Assembly: GCF_020745735.1 (NCBI RefSeq)
Contig: NC_083409.1
Location: 96,740,048 to 96,804,047 of the forward strand
Length of the DNA: 64,000 nt
Origin: Hemiscyllium ocellatum
Lineage: Eukaryota
Direction of reading: 5' to 3'
Of the stretch, positions 1 through 11,729 are shown piece after piece. The number at the start of each line of letters is the position of its first letter. Position 1 is the first letter of the stretch. The notes under the pieces were generated by a model that made no database searches, was not told where the DNA came from, and saw only the letters and a program-made list of their open reading frames with translations. The position numbers were made by a program, and so were the translations under genes.

Positions 1-29
1 CATCAACCCTTACAGCAGATATTTGAATG

Positions 30-315
30 CACAACCTCTCAGGTGGATGCAAAAGATCGTGTGGGACTACAGGTATTTAGAAGAGCAGAGTTGTTACTAC
101 TGCCTGGTCCAATATTTGTCCACCAATTCCAAAACACAACAAAAACAGATTTTCTGGCACTATAATATTTTCGTTTGTGAGAGCTTGCTGTGCTCATCAG
201 ATTGGTTGCTCTATTTCTTATACCACCACAGTGACAAACCTCAAAAGTACTTGTTCATTGGTTTGTAGAGTGATTTGAAAACGCCTGCTGGTCGTGAAAG
301 GCGCTACATAAACGT
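30..315 (+). mobile_element. DeuSINE (SacSINE1/AmnSINE1-like) fragment
   Basis: Deu-domain-like ctctcaggtggatgcaaaagatc...gaagagcag...ccaatattt, followed by the tail gtcgtgaaaggcgctacataaa. Confidence 0.7.
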
Positions 316-741
316 GTGTTGTCACCTTTCGCAGCTGTTAAAATCTAATTTTAAATACGTACGAATATTCCTTGCGCTGACTCAAAACTCGTGGCAATAT
401 TACGTAATTGAAAAGGGGGTGGGGAGAAGATTTTTCGCTGCGCGTACACTTAGTTACATCGAAAAATTCCGTCGGCTAAATCCTGTCCGGCGGATTGGCC
501 GTTTTCCAGAAGCTGTTGCGCCTTTAACAGAAGCGGTTGGAGTCGCTTGGAAGCGCAAATGACGCCTTCAAACAAAACCGGGGTAAAGGGAGGAGGAGGA
601 GAGACGGAGGGACAAATGAAGTCTAAACCCTACAAGGTGTGGTCGCTGATGTGTGTGGGTTGGAGTCAGGCGGCTGTGAAGTGTTGGACGGTGTGAGCAA
701 AGGGAGAAAGAGACACGGGAGAGTGGATGCGCGCTATCACC

Positions 742-807
742 ATGGCGAGGGGATTGCTTTCCTGGGCCTCTTTGAGGAAGATCTGTGGCAGCCACTACTA
801 CATTCAG
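742..807 (+). CDS. DIPK1A: DIPK1A coding exon 1 (MARGLLSWASLRKICGSHYYIQ)
   Basis: Strong Kozak context caccATGG; donor CAG|GTAAGG; resembles the MARS...LRK.YYLQ N-terminus of FAM69A; lies in the CpG-rich region. Confidence 0.9.
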
Positions 808-1024
808 GTAAGGTTAGACCGACTTACATGAACACCATATCCCCGAGTTACGTGCTTAAATGGAAAGCGCAAGCTGAATCTGGGAAAGTGGAAGTCTTGG
901 GGGAAAAAAAACCTACCGGTCGTTTTATTTTTGAAAAATGTGAAAACGGTCAAGCGGCTCAATCACGTGACCTGCCTCTATCCCGCCGGCGGCTCGCGCT
1001 CTCCATGGAGACCCTTGGAGTCAG

Positions 1025-1049
1025 TGAATGAATGAATGAATGAACGAAC
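1025..1049 (+). repeat. (TGAA)n microsatellite
   Basis: tgaatgaatgaatgaatgaacgaac. Confidence 0.9.
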
Positions 1050-2079
1050 GGCTGTGGCGCAGTGGGAGGAGAGCAACCTTCACATACTCTCACCTTTTGC
1101 GATGGATTGACCGTATGTGTTCTTTGCACACTTGGTGTGTGCAGAGAAAATACCCTTGATGTGCGCGCTTCACCGCTGTGACCAGTTTCAAGTGTCCCCG
1201 TTTCCATTAATTTATCTATGAAAATCTTAGCTTTCTTTACACCTTTATCTTGACCTAAGAATTTTCTCTCACTATTAAAAGTCTGTGAATTTTCATTTTT
1301 CCTGCGGTAGGTATATAATGCATACACTGGGATGGATATGGATTTGTGCTGAAAATACTGTGGCTTGCGGTCTTTGCAGTTAGATTGCAGCACACTCCAT
1401 TTTATGGAGTCTACAGATGATCTGTGTGAAATGAACCTAGATTTTTCTGTTTTGCGACTTGTCTTTGATTTCCTTAAAATATACTTCGTTTCTTTAATTT
1501 CATTTGGTTATTAGCGAGTTCATTTGGTTATTTCTTTGAACTGGTTAGACGCCAGATTTCATTAAAATGCGATGTTTCCCCAAAAAGGGATTTGAATCAT
1601 TACGGCACAATGTTGTAAACCCTGAAGGGGTGACGCACTTCTAACTATGAAATGTTCTTAGCAAAGATAGGTCTCTGTTGCTATGCTGTGATTTTAATTT
1701 TTCTGTCAGTTCGTTTTGCAAAAAAAATTCAAACAGATTGTAGAATGATGATGATCCACATTGGCCTTGCCTTAAGCCAAAGGGGGGGGAAAAAGGGCTA
1801 GGATTGAACCTGAAATCTTGTTTGCCGTTCACAGTCCCCGCCTGTGGAGGAAACCTCCGATTTAGTTTGAGCCCCGGACCAAGCTTCAGGTACAATACCA
1901 GAAAAGTCGTGAATGGCTCTCTTTCAGTTAGATTCTTTTACTTGGATTCCTGCTGCTGATGAAGCATTACTGTTTTTTTTTGTTTGCAAATATATGCATT
2001 TACTGGTAAATTAGGCTCATCTGTGGGGTGAATAGAGTGGTAATATTTACAGTTACGCTGACCTATAAACAATGACCAA

Positions 2080-2610
2080 TAAATGTGTGGCGCTGGAAAA
2101 GCACAGCCAGTCAGGCAGATCCTATGAGCATGAGAGTCAAGTATCAGTAATGTGGGCAGGCCCGAGGGGGCTGAGAGATAAATGAGAGGGGAGTTGGGCT
2201 GGGAAAAGTTAGCTGGGAATGCAATAGGTAGCTTGAGGTGAGGGCTGATAAGGTGGAGGGGATAGATGGGCAGGAAAATGGACAGTTCAAGTGTGTGGTA
2301 CTGAGTTGGAGGATTGGATCTGGGATAAGGTGAGAAGAGATGAGGAAACAGGTGAAAATGACACTGATTTGTGTGGAGGGTCCCAAGGTGGAAGATGAGG
2401 CATTCTTCCTCCAGGTGCCGGGTGGCTAGAGTTTGATGTTGGAGGAGGCCAAAGACTTGCATGTCCTTGATGGAGGTGGGAGTTGAAGTGGTTAGCCACA
2501 GGACAGAGGTTGTTTAGTGCATGTGTCCTGGAGATGTTCTCTGAAAGTTGGCATTCAACACGTTGGTGTCCTGTCTCCTGAATGTCAAGGAGGCCACATC
2601 AAGAGCAATG
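2080..2610 (-). mobile_element. Penelope-like element family A, 3' fragment (end of GIY-YIG domain plus pLTR tail)
   Basis: Minus-strand ORF 1938..2462 begins MQVFGLLQHQTLATRHLEEECLIFHLGTL, homologous to the 37021 ORF; carries the tail gctgtgcttttccagc. Confidence 0.8.
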
Positions 2611-5379
2611 AGTAAATATTATTATTATTATTTTAAAAATTGGCTGCTGCATTACAACAGTTCAATGGTGGTTATGTTTCAAAAGTATTTTATTTGACTA
2701 TAAAGTGCCTTGGAACATCCTGAAGTGTATGAAAAATGCCATGTAAAAGCATTCTGTTACAATCTGAGGCCAATACCGTTTTTAAAAGTAAACTCAAATT
2801 TCCAGTTCATAGCTGAAAGGATAGCATGTCAATGTTCTATATGCTTACTGTAACCAAAAATGAAAAACACTATTGACTAAACACTGCCTTTGGAGACAAC
2901 TAACCAAAAGCTTTGAATACAGAATGCAACATCTGCCCACTCTGGCAGAACTAAAGACACTTCCCAGGTGTATGTTGCTCTGTACTTTACTTTAAGAGAC
3001 ATTGAATTGTCAATTCAGGCCAAAGTCATTGTTGGATCTCAAGAATTTATTTCTGTTCTTTCAATTTTCTCAACCTATTTCTAACTGTGTAAGTGTCTTG
3101 CACTCGGAGATTATTGCAGACTTTTCCTAATGCAAGCTAGCCAACTCTTCCAAGTTTATTCCAAATCCTCATAATTCTTGATATAAGGCAAGAGAAATGG
3201 AAGGTACAAAGTGAAAAGTTCATTTTCGAGAGTTGATGCAGACACAATGGGCTGAAGGGCTTCCTTTTACACAGTAGTAACTCTATGATTCTGTTTTTTT
3301 TTTCCTTCTCTCTCTGTTTAGCATTTGTCTTTACACTAATTCCAGTGCAGTGAGCTATAAGAGGCTTTTAGCCTCTGGTTGATCTTTTAATTTCAGTACC
3401 TTGGCAGACTAACATCTTTGAGTTTTCAGGGTTGTTCTCTTCCCCTCTTAAATTCAATTTCTGTAACTTTTTGTGTAGAGATTCTGTCTAGCTGTCTTTT
3501 GAAAATGCAATTATTTCAGCTTGTATCTAAATGGATTGTTTAAATCACAATCCAACGTTCTTAACACTTTCATTTGGTAGTTTGGAGTCTATGGTTATGT
3601 AGATGATTCAACTTTATTAATTTTTGTGGGCATTATTTTGAAATATTGTGACGATACCTGGCAGGGGGAGGGGGGAGAATTGAAACTTCTTTTTGAACAA
3701 TGTTTGCAGGCTTGTTGTTTTGTATTTGGATTTTTTTATTTAGAGAAAGCCTGCTATATTACAAGCTGCTTAGTTCACGCTTCTACTTCTGAAACATGTT
3801 TGCTTTAAGATCAGGTGCAATGTAATTGTTCCTTTGGAAGAGTTACTGAAAAAACTTTTCTCTAACTTGTACTTCTTGACTAGACTGTGGGTGTGCTAAG
3901 ATCCCAGAGATAACCATGCATGATTATTGACCTGGCCACATTTGTCTTTAAAAATAACCACGATTGGCCAGAAAGTATATGTTGAGAGACTTTAGGGCAG
4001 ATGCTTTTTATCCAAAATTGTTCCTCTTGTGAATTTAATGACACAATGGTAACGTCACTGGACTGTGTTTTAGGATATAGATCCAGATCCCACCAAGGCA
4101 GTTGATGAACTTAATAAATCTTGTCATGACTCACTAGCACCCTAGAAATCAATCCCCAGTGTTTCCAAAGCCATTATGAAAGTTAGTTTTTAAAAGAAAC
4201 ATACACAACACCCAAACTACGAGATTTTTCAGGCCCAGGTTTCTGTACTTTGCAGACCGATTGATGGTTCTTCTGGTCTGACCAGCTTCTCGCTGTCTTG
4301 CGTACAGTCCAATCTATTCAACTGCCTGACATTTAATCATGTAGTGATTGACAGGCAGAGGATCTTTGTCAATGAGAATTGCTTCCTCATCCTCAATCCA
4401 ATCAGCTTCACTCGTACACAAACACTCTGCTCTAGTTTGTCTGTGTAGCTGCAAGTTCCAGCAACGTGTACTCCATAGATATCAAATACTTCACGTTAAA
4501 AGCGTGCAGCCCTTAAGTTTCAAAACAGTTTGTCTTTATTTCTGTCTACAGTCCAAAATCACAAATAAAAGACACTATCTTTCATGTCTAGAATAGAAAG
4601 CTGACCTGGGGTGAATCTGTGATCATTGATTTGTGGTTTTTATAAAAAACCGTCTGGTTCATGAACATCCCCTTTTTTTGGGGGAAGGAATTGAACTATC
4701 CTTACCTCGTCTGGCCTACAAATGTTCCAGATGCACTGCAATTTATTTGGCTGTTAAACATTTTTGCTGAGCAAGTCATACATTTAAAAGATAATTAGAG
4801 ATAAGCAACAATCAGATCTTTATAAAATGCAACCTTTTTAAACTCATAATTTTAACTAAATATTTTCTTATAACCCAGTCATGAGATATCTATAATCTTG
4901 AGCTCTGTGACCTGCAGTTAAAGTTTATGGTAGTGAGGCATGATGGTTTGGGCGGCAATGTCAGAAAGTCCTATTGATAAGTATAGCAGCCACACCACAC
5001 CAGTAGTGGAGGAGTGGAATCTTAAGTGTGTCAATAGGATTTTCTTTCTTTATGTTGTTTGGCTGAATAGATGAGTTGCAATATAAAAAAAATGGAAGTC
5101 TAAATGTTTTCTAAGTCTATGTAATTGTGATTATGACATTAATGTATCTTTTGTGTGTCATTTTGTATTTTAACTGTTTGTGATTCACCAGATCATAACT
5201 AATAAAGAGTTGGAGGACAATCTAGCACAAAATCTGTTTTGGGGCAACATGCTGCAAAACATGGTGCTAAGGGATACTGAATGAAATTAATCAGTGCTAC
5301 AGGCTCCTTCGCATATTGAAAGGGCTGCTTGGAAACCCACTTCTGTCCCAGCATTCAAGCTGTTTGTATTTTCCAACAA

Positions 5380-7170
5380 ATACATTAAGGACAAAAGGGT
5401 AACGAAGGAGAGAATAGGGCCCCTCAAAGATCAGCAAGGTGGCCTTTGTGTGGTGCCGCAGAAAATGGGGCAGATACTAAATGAGTATTTTGCGTCAGTA
5501 TTTACTGTGGAAAAGGATATGGAAGATATAAAATGGAGGGAAATAGATGGTGACATCATGCAAAATGTCCAGATCAGAGGAGCAAGTGCTGGATCTCTTG
5601 AAACAGGTAAAGGTGGATAAATCCCCAGGACCTGATCAGTGTACCTGAGAACTCTGTGGGAAGCTAAAGAGGTGGTTGCTGGGCCTCTTGCTGAGATATT
5701 TGTGTCATCGATAGTCACAGGTGAGGTGCTGGAAGACTGGAGGTTGGCTAACGTGGTGCCACTGTTTAAGAAGGGCGGTAAGGACAGGACCGGGAATTAT
5801 AGACCAGTCAGCCTGACGTCAGTGGTGGGCAAGTTGTTGGAGGGAATCCTGAGGGACACGATGTACATGTATTTGGAAAGACAAGGACTGATTTAAAGAT
5901 AGTCAACATGGCTTTGTGCATGGAAAATCATGTCTCACAACCTTCATTGAGTTTTTTGAAGAAGCAACAAAGAAGATTGAAGGCAGAGCGGTAGGTTTGA
6001 TCTATATGGACTTCAGTAAGGTGTTTGACAAGGTTCCCCATGGGAGACTGATTAGCAAGGTTAGATCTCACGGAATACAGGGAGAACTAGCCATTTGGAT
6101 ACAGAACTGGCTCAAAGGTAGAAGACAGGGTGGTGGTAGAGGGTTGTTTTTTCAGACTAGAGGCCTGTGACCAGTGGAGTGCCATAAGGATCGGTGCTGG
6201 GTCCACTACTTTTTGTCATTTACACAAATTATTCGGATGTGAGCATAAGAAGTACAGTTAGTAAGTTTGCAGATGATACCAAAATTGGAGGTGTAATGGA
6301 CAGCGAAAGGAGTTACCTCAGATTGCAACAGGATCTGGACTAGATCAGCCAATGGGATGAAAAGTAGCAGATGGAGTTTACTTCAGATAAATGCGAGGTG
6401 CTGCATCTTGGGAAAGCAAATCTTAGCAGGGCTTATACACTTAATGGTAAGGTCCTAGGGAGTGTTGCTGAACAAGAGACCTTGGAGTGCAGGTTCATAG
6501 CTCCTTGAAAGTGGAGTCACGGGTAGATAGGATAGTGAAGGTGTTTGGTATGCTTCCCTTTATTGGTCCGAGTATTGAGTACAGGAGTTGGGAGGTCATG
6601 TTGCGGCCGTACAGGACATTGGTTAGACCACTGTTGGAATATTGCGTGCAGTTCTGGTCTCCTTCCTACTGGAAAGATGTTGAGAAACGTGAAAGGGTTC
6701 AGAAAAGATTTACAAGGATGTTGCCAGAGTTGGAGGATCTGAGCTACTGGGAGAGGCTGAACAGGCTAGGGCTGTATTCCCTAGAGCGTTGGAAGCTGAA
6801 GGGTGACCTTATAGAGGTTTACAAAATCATGAGCATGGACAGGATAAATAGGCAAAGTCTTTTCCCTGGGGTCGGGGAGTCCAGAACTAGAGGGCATAGG
6901 TTTAGGGTGAGAGGGGAAAGATATAAAAGCGACCTACGGGGCAACTTTTTCACACACAGGGTGGTACGTGTATGGAATGAGCTGCCAGAGGATGTGGTGG
7001 AGAGTGGTACAATTGCAACATTTGAGGCATTTGGATGGATGTATGAATAGGAAGGGTTTGGAGGGATATGGGCCGGATGCTGGCAGGTGAGACTAGATTG
7101 GATTGGGATATCTGGTCGGCATGAACAGGTTGAACAGAAGGGTCTATTTCCATGCTGTACATCTATGACT
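5380..7170 (+). mobile_element. CR1 LINE (HER1-like), 5'-truncated, degenerate ORF2 reverse transcriptase
   Basis: KSPGPD, NYRPVSLTSVVGKLLE, YMDFSKVFDKVPH, SKFADDTK, LEYCVQFWSP, RVVRVWNELP; contains frameshifts and stops. Confidence 0.93.
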
Positions 7171-7622
7171 TTAAGCGTGTGCATGTAAAACTTAAAAATG
7201 CACCAATTTGTTTATGTGCAAATAACCGTCTCAATTTTTCAAATTGTCTTATGAAGACATTGTGGGAAGTGAAGGAATAGATAGAAAGCAACTCTTGATA
7301 TTGGGAAGTAGGATAAAATTTAGAGTCCGACCTTTGAGCAGCAGAGTTAGAAAATATTTCTGGGTGCCTGTCTAATGGTAGAAACTCTTCAAATAGCAGT
7401 TTATAGTTGATTTGCTTGTAAATTTCAAATGAGATGTATGAACAAAAAGGTTTTGAGAGATATTGAGTTCAGTGTACATGGAGTCAGTCATTGACTAGCC
7501 AACATTTTAAGTGAATGTCAGAATAGGCTTTTGGGGCTAAATAGTCTACTTTGTTCCTAATGCACTGGGTCATTTAGCACTGGTCAAATTATCCTGAGTT
7601 TAATATTTGCTTATTCTTTCAC

Positions 7623-7812
7623 CTAGAGTTAAAAAATGTGGTGCTGGAAAAACACAGCAGGCCAGGCAGCATCCAATGAGCAGGAGAATCTTCAGGAAGG
7701 GCTTATACCCGAAACGTCAATTCTCCTGCTCCTCGGATGCTGCCTGGCCTGCTGTGTTTTTCCAGCACATTTTTCAACTCTGGTACTCCAACATCTGCAG
7801 TCCTCACTTTCT
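7623..7812. mobile_element. Family A fold-back PLE cassette with partial hammerhead core
   Basis: Arms ~7625-7689 and ~7720-7781 are reverse complements; apex holds gggcttatacccgaaacgtc; direct repeat TTCTTTCAC at 7614-7622 and 7809-7817. Confidence 0.8.
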
Positions 7813-8478
7813 TTCACTAACCGATCAGTGTCCAGTAAATCAGAAATCAGTCCGGTGAAAATGAAATGTCTGCCTTACCAGCACCTTTTTGTAATTGGTT
7901 CTGGTGCTCCTTTGGCTTTATGTATTGATCATTAAAGGATCTATCAGCATCTGCATTTTGGTTGCTTTTCACTTTCTTTTTTCATCAACCTCAATCATTT
8001 GGATGCAATTGTGAAACACTTAATTAAAATCTTTATTTGGGCTTGGAGGAACTAATAATATTTGTATTCAAGTCTTCAGTATTTTTATTTAAATTATGAC
8101 CACTGTCTTAGAATCTTTTGTACTAGAGCTTTTAACTAGAGCCTTTAAAATATCAATATTAATCAGTAGTATTGTTGCCTTTTCTATGGATTTGTTTTTG
8201 TAGTAACAAGGACAAATCTGAAAATAACAGGCTGCAATATAATTGTATTTTTTAATTTGTTCACAGCATGTGAACATCACTTGCTAGGCCAGCATTTATT
8301 GCCTATCCCTAATTGTCCAAAGGATAGATTAGGATACTTCAATAATATAAAGTTTATACTTGCTATCTGAAAAAAATGACACTTAGCTGATGTGCATGAT
8401 TATAAACTGGACTTAATTGCAATCATATCTTACATGTAACAAAACTAAGAGCAGCTGAAATGAAACAGATTGGAGATG

Positions 8479-8508
8479 CTGAAGAAGGGTCATTGGACCC
8501 AAAACGTT
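8479..8508 (+). ncRNA. Degenerate minimal hammerhead ribozyme (PLE solo unit)
   Basis: CTGAAGA-A-GGGTC-attg-GACCC-(G>A)AAA-CG-TT, followed by a PLE-type tail. Confidence 0.55.
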
Positions 8509-9007
8509 GATTCTGCTTTCCTGCAAATGCTGCCAGACCTGCTGAGTTTCTCTAGCATTTTGTTTTTGCTGTACTTTATTTGCTCTGACCTGGTTATTAA
8601 TTATCAATGAACCCAGTTTCTAATTGAGACTTCTACTTTCCATTCCATTTTACTTGCCTAGCAATTGCTATATCTTAAAAATAACTGGGCCGTGAAGTGA
8701 ATTTTGGGGTGTCTTCTGCACGCTGAGTTATTTTGTTCTCTAGCCAGTGTCCTTGCTCTTTTTATTTTGTTTCTCTCCTCATGATTGATGTAGACAGCAT
8801 CTGGGAGAATTTCAGTTTTGGTCAGGTATCTGTGACTGGGTAAGTCTTTTTCACCCATATCATTCCTCCATGGTATGCACCAGCACACAATACCAGAAAT
8901 CATTAACAATGCTGATGCTACCTGGAAAGAGGAAGTTAGTGTAAATAACTAAGCACTGCAATAAGGAGTATATTTAACTATATATCAAATCAAGTTTATT
9001 GTATCAT

Positions 9008-9282
9008 AAAATCCCTAGAGTATTGAAATAGGCCATTCAGCCCATTTGAGTCCACCCCTAGAGCATCCTACCCAGAGTCATTCACCCATCGCTCCCTCTC
9101 CCCTCCCCTTGTCTTTGTAATCCTGCACTTCCCATGGCTAATCCACCTAGCCTGCACATCTTTGGACTGTGGGAGGAAACTGAGCTCCTGGGGAATACCC
9201 GAACAGTTATTAGAGGATGGAATCGAACCCAGGTCCCTGGTGCTGTGAGACAGCAGTGCTAATTACTGAACCACCATGTCCC
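9008..9282 (-). mobile_element. HE1-type V-SINE
   Basis: Reverse complement has tRNA A/B boxes (ggttcagtaattagcact...ggttcgattcc) and the V-domain tttcctcccacagtccaaagatgtgcagg. Confidence 0.85.
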
Positions 9283-10844
9283 ATATATACCATACTTGGG
9301 AAGGATTGAATGCAGGTGAGATTCAAAAACGGGTCCAGGGATGATGAGCTTCACTTGTGACAATAGCTTGGAAGGCTGAGCATGTTTTTCTTGAGAGAAG
9401 AGAGCTGAGGGGAGGTTTTTTTTAATAGAAGATTTTAAAATCAATACAGGTATGGACACAATGGATTAAAGAAAGAGTTCCTGCTCAAAATAGAATCAAA
9501 AATCAAAGGACACGCTTTTAAAATCTTTGGCAACACATAGCAAATGTGAGAACTTTGACACCATATGGTTCAGGTTGGCAATGCACTACCTGGAATCGTG
9601 GTGGAACAAAGTTTGTTTTTATTGAAGCATTCATGAGGACATTGTGTCAATTTTAAGTAATCATCTTGTGCAGGATTATGAAGAAAGTCAGGAGTTTTGT
9701 ACTAGATCAAAATGCTCAAAAAAACCATGCAAAATGATGGACAGATGGTCTTCTGAACAGTAATAATCTAATTCTGAAATTTGTTCACAAATGAACAGTA
9801 TACATGTTTTATAGTAACTTCAGCTGATTTTAATAGATGCAGCTTTTTGAGAACTATTGTGACAATTTCTAGTTGGTCCTGGTAATATAGATTTGTAAAT
9901 TCTGTTTAAGTTGAGCCTTCTCTCAGACATCTGGTTTAAACTACAATAAAATTCCCTTCAGGATGAAGGATCATTTTGTTGATTGAATTATATGCCCAGA
10001 GGTTTTAAATAGCACCATTCAAGTTCATGTACAATCCTTGCCATGTTTCTCGGAGAACATGCAGTGCCTTGACTTGTATTACAATACATTCTTCCGTTTA
10101 GGACATGTACGTTTTGTTAAATAGGTTCAGACCAAAGCCTCGGCCTTCAACATTAGCCTATCTTTTTTGCTGTACATACGTTGTGTGACACATTTTTAGT
10201 AAATTCTGTTGTATGCTGTGAATCACTGTAGACTGAAAAGAAATGAATTGGAGTACAATAAGTTCGACAATTTACTATTCAGCCCAAGAAACCGGAGTGC
10301 TCTGGAAATTAAATAACAGGCAGTTGGTCACTGACAGCAAGTGAAAATAAGTGGTCCTGCTGCAATCTACAGCCACAATTCAAGTTGGGTTTGTCAGGCA
10401 AATGGGATTCCATCAGTTGGTTGTCAGACAGTGATATTGTCAGGGAATGACACATGCTTCACTAACTGACCAATTGTTTTTAATTAGATTTTGGTTCCAG
10501 TGTTAATCAACAGATTATTTATTGCTTTGTCCTTGCTGTATGCTTTGTATATTTGCAAAGTTCCAATCGTACTTCCAAGGAAGTAATAGTTATAAAATAC
10601 TTTTGAGGAAGTAATACACCACTTGTGTTTCCTTTGAAGTTGTGTACACACATCAAGCATCATGATTTCTACTTCCAGAAAATCCCAGCGCACAGGGATC
10701 TCATGAGTTTTGCACAGGATGAAAAAATATTCAAGTGGATGCTGCCATGCCCAGTGTATAGTACCTGATCAACAGAAGCCAATCTGGTGCCATGGAAAAA
10801 CTTGGCAACCACAGAAGTAATTTCCTATGTCTCCACACTTAATT

Positions 10845-11370
10845 CAATTTGTTCACAGGGTATGAGCATTTATTACCTGTCCCCAGTTGCCCAAAGGGCA
10901 GCTGAGAGTCAACCACATACAGTGAATCTGGAGTCATGTGTCAGCCAGACCAGGTAAGGATGTTAAGCTTGAAATCTATTGCTAGAAAAGCGCAGCAGGT
11001 CAGGCAGCATCCAAGGAGCAGGAGAATCGATGTTTCGAGCACGAGCCCTTCTCCTGCTCCTTGGATGCTGCCTGACTTGCTGCACTTTTCCAGCAACACA
11101 TTTTCAGCTCTAATCTCCAGCATCTGCAGTCCTCACTTTCTCCTAGAAGGATGTTAAGCTTTCTTCCTCTAAAGACAGTAGTGAACTGGGTGGGACTTTT
11201 TCCCCCCAACAAATCAACAACAGTTTTTTGTGGTCATTTGACTGTTTAATTCCAGCATTTTTTTTAAAAATTGAATTCCGATTCCACCATCTGCTGGAGG
11301 ATGATTTGAACCTGGGTTCCCAGAACATTACCTCGATTTCTGCGTTAATATTCTAGCAACAATATCACAA
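10845..11370 (-). mobile_element. tRNA-derived SINE with LINE-derived tail, interrupted by a PLE hairpin
   Basis: Minus-strand B-box ggttcaaatc and body ccttacctggtctggc...gtggttgactct; related copies at ~4610-4810, 35780-36000 and 51560-51800. Confidence 0.7.
10971..11146. mobile_element. Family A fold-back PLE cassette with 15-bp TSD
   Basis: Inverted arms ~10979-11025 and ~11049-11096 plus tail; exact direct repeat AAGGATGTTAAGCTT at 10956-10970 and 11147-11161. Confidence 0.88.
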
Positions 11371-11729
11371 GACCATCCCATTTGAAAGAAGCTAACAACA
11401 TCCTGGATTTTCCAGCAGCATAGATTTACAGGCCTACTTGCAGCCTCACCAGTAGCAAAATGACATCCCATACTATAAGGTGAAACGAGTGCAGGGTGAA
11501 ACTGCTTCCAGGCCCACATTTTAAACTCCTGATGGTTGCAAGTGCAGAATTTAAGTTTGAGTTCAACTGATGGTTAAAATTGTTTTTAAAAAAGAAAACA
11601 TTCCATTTGGTGGCTTACCATGTACAGTGCACATCTCTAACTGAACGTACGTTCACCGTTGTACCTAGTTGCTCAAATTATTATTTTTTGTGTTTTACGT
11701 GTTTTAAAAAAATACATCCCTGGCTAGCG

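Larger units (their letters stand above)
430..1200 (+). promoter_or_regulatory. CpG-rich promoter / first-exon region
   Basis: CG dinucleotides are dense here and depleted elsewhere. Inverted CCAAT box (ATTGG ~494-498), TGACG half-site (~560), palindromic E-box TCACGTGAC (963-971); no obvious TATA box. Confidence 0.7.

Noticed and set aside
639-1031. 130-aa ORF overlapping exon 1
   Set aside because: Different frame from the Kozak ATG at 742, non-ATG start, runs through the splice donor, no recognisable homology.
1005-1118. Possible alternative first exon (ATG at 1005 or within the TGAA repeat; donor-like CC|GTATGT)
   Set aside because: The ATG at 1005 stops after 8 codons; the open frame reaches the donor in phase 1, incompatible with phase 0 exon 2.
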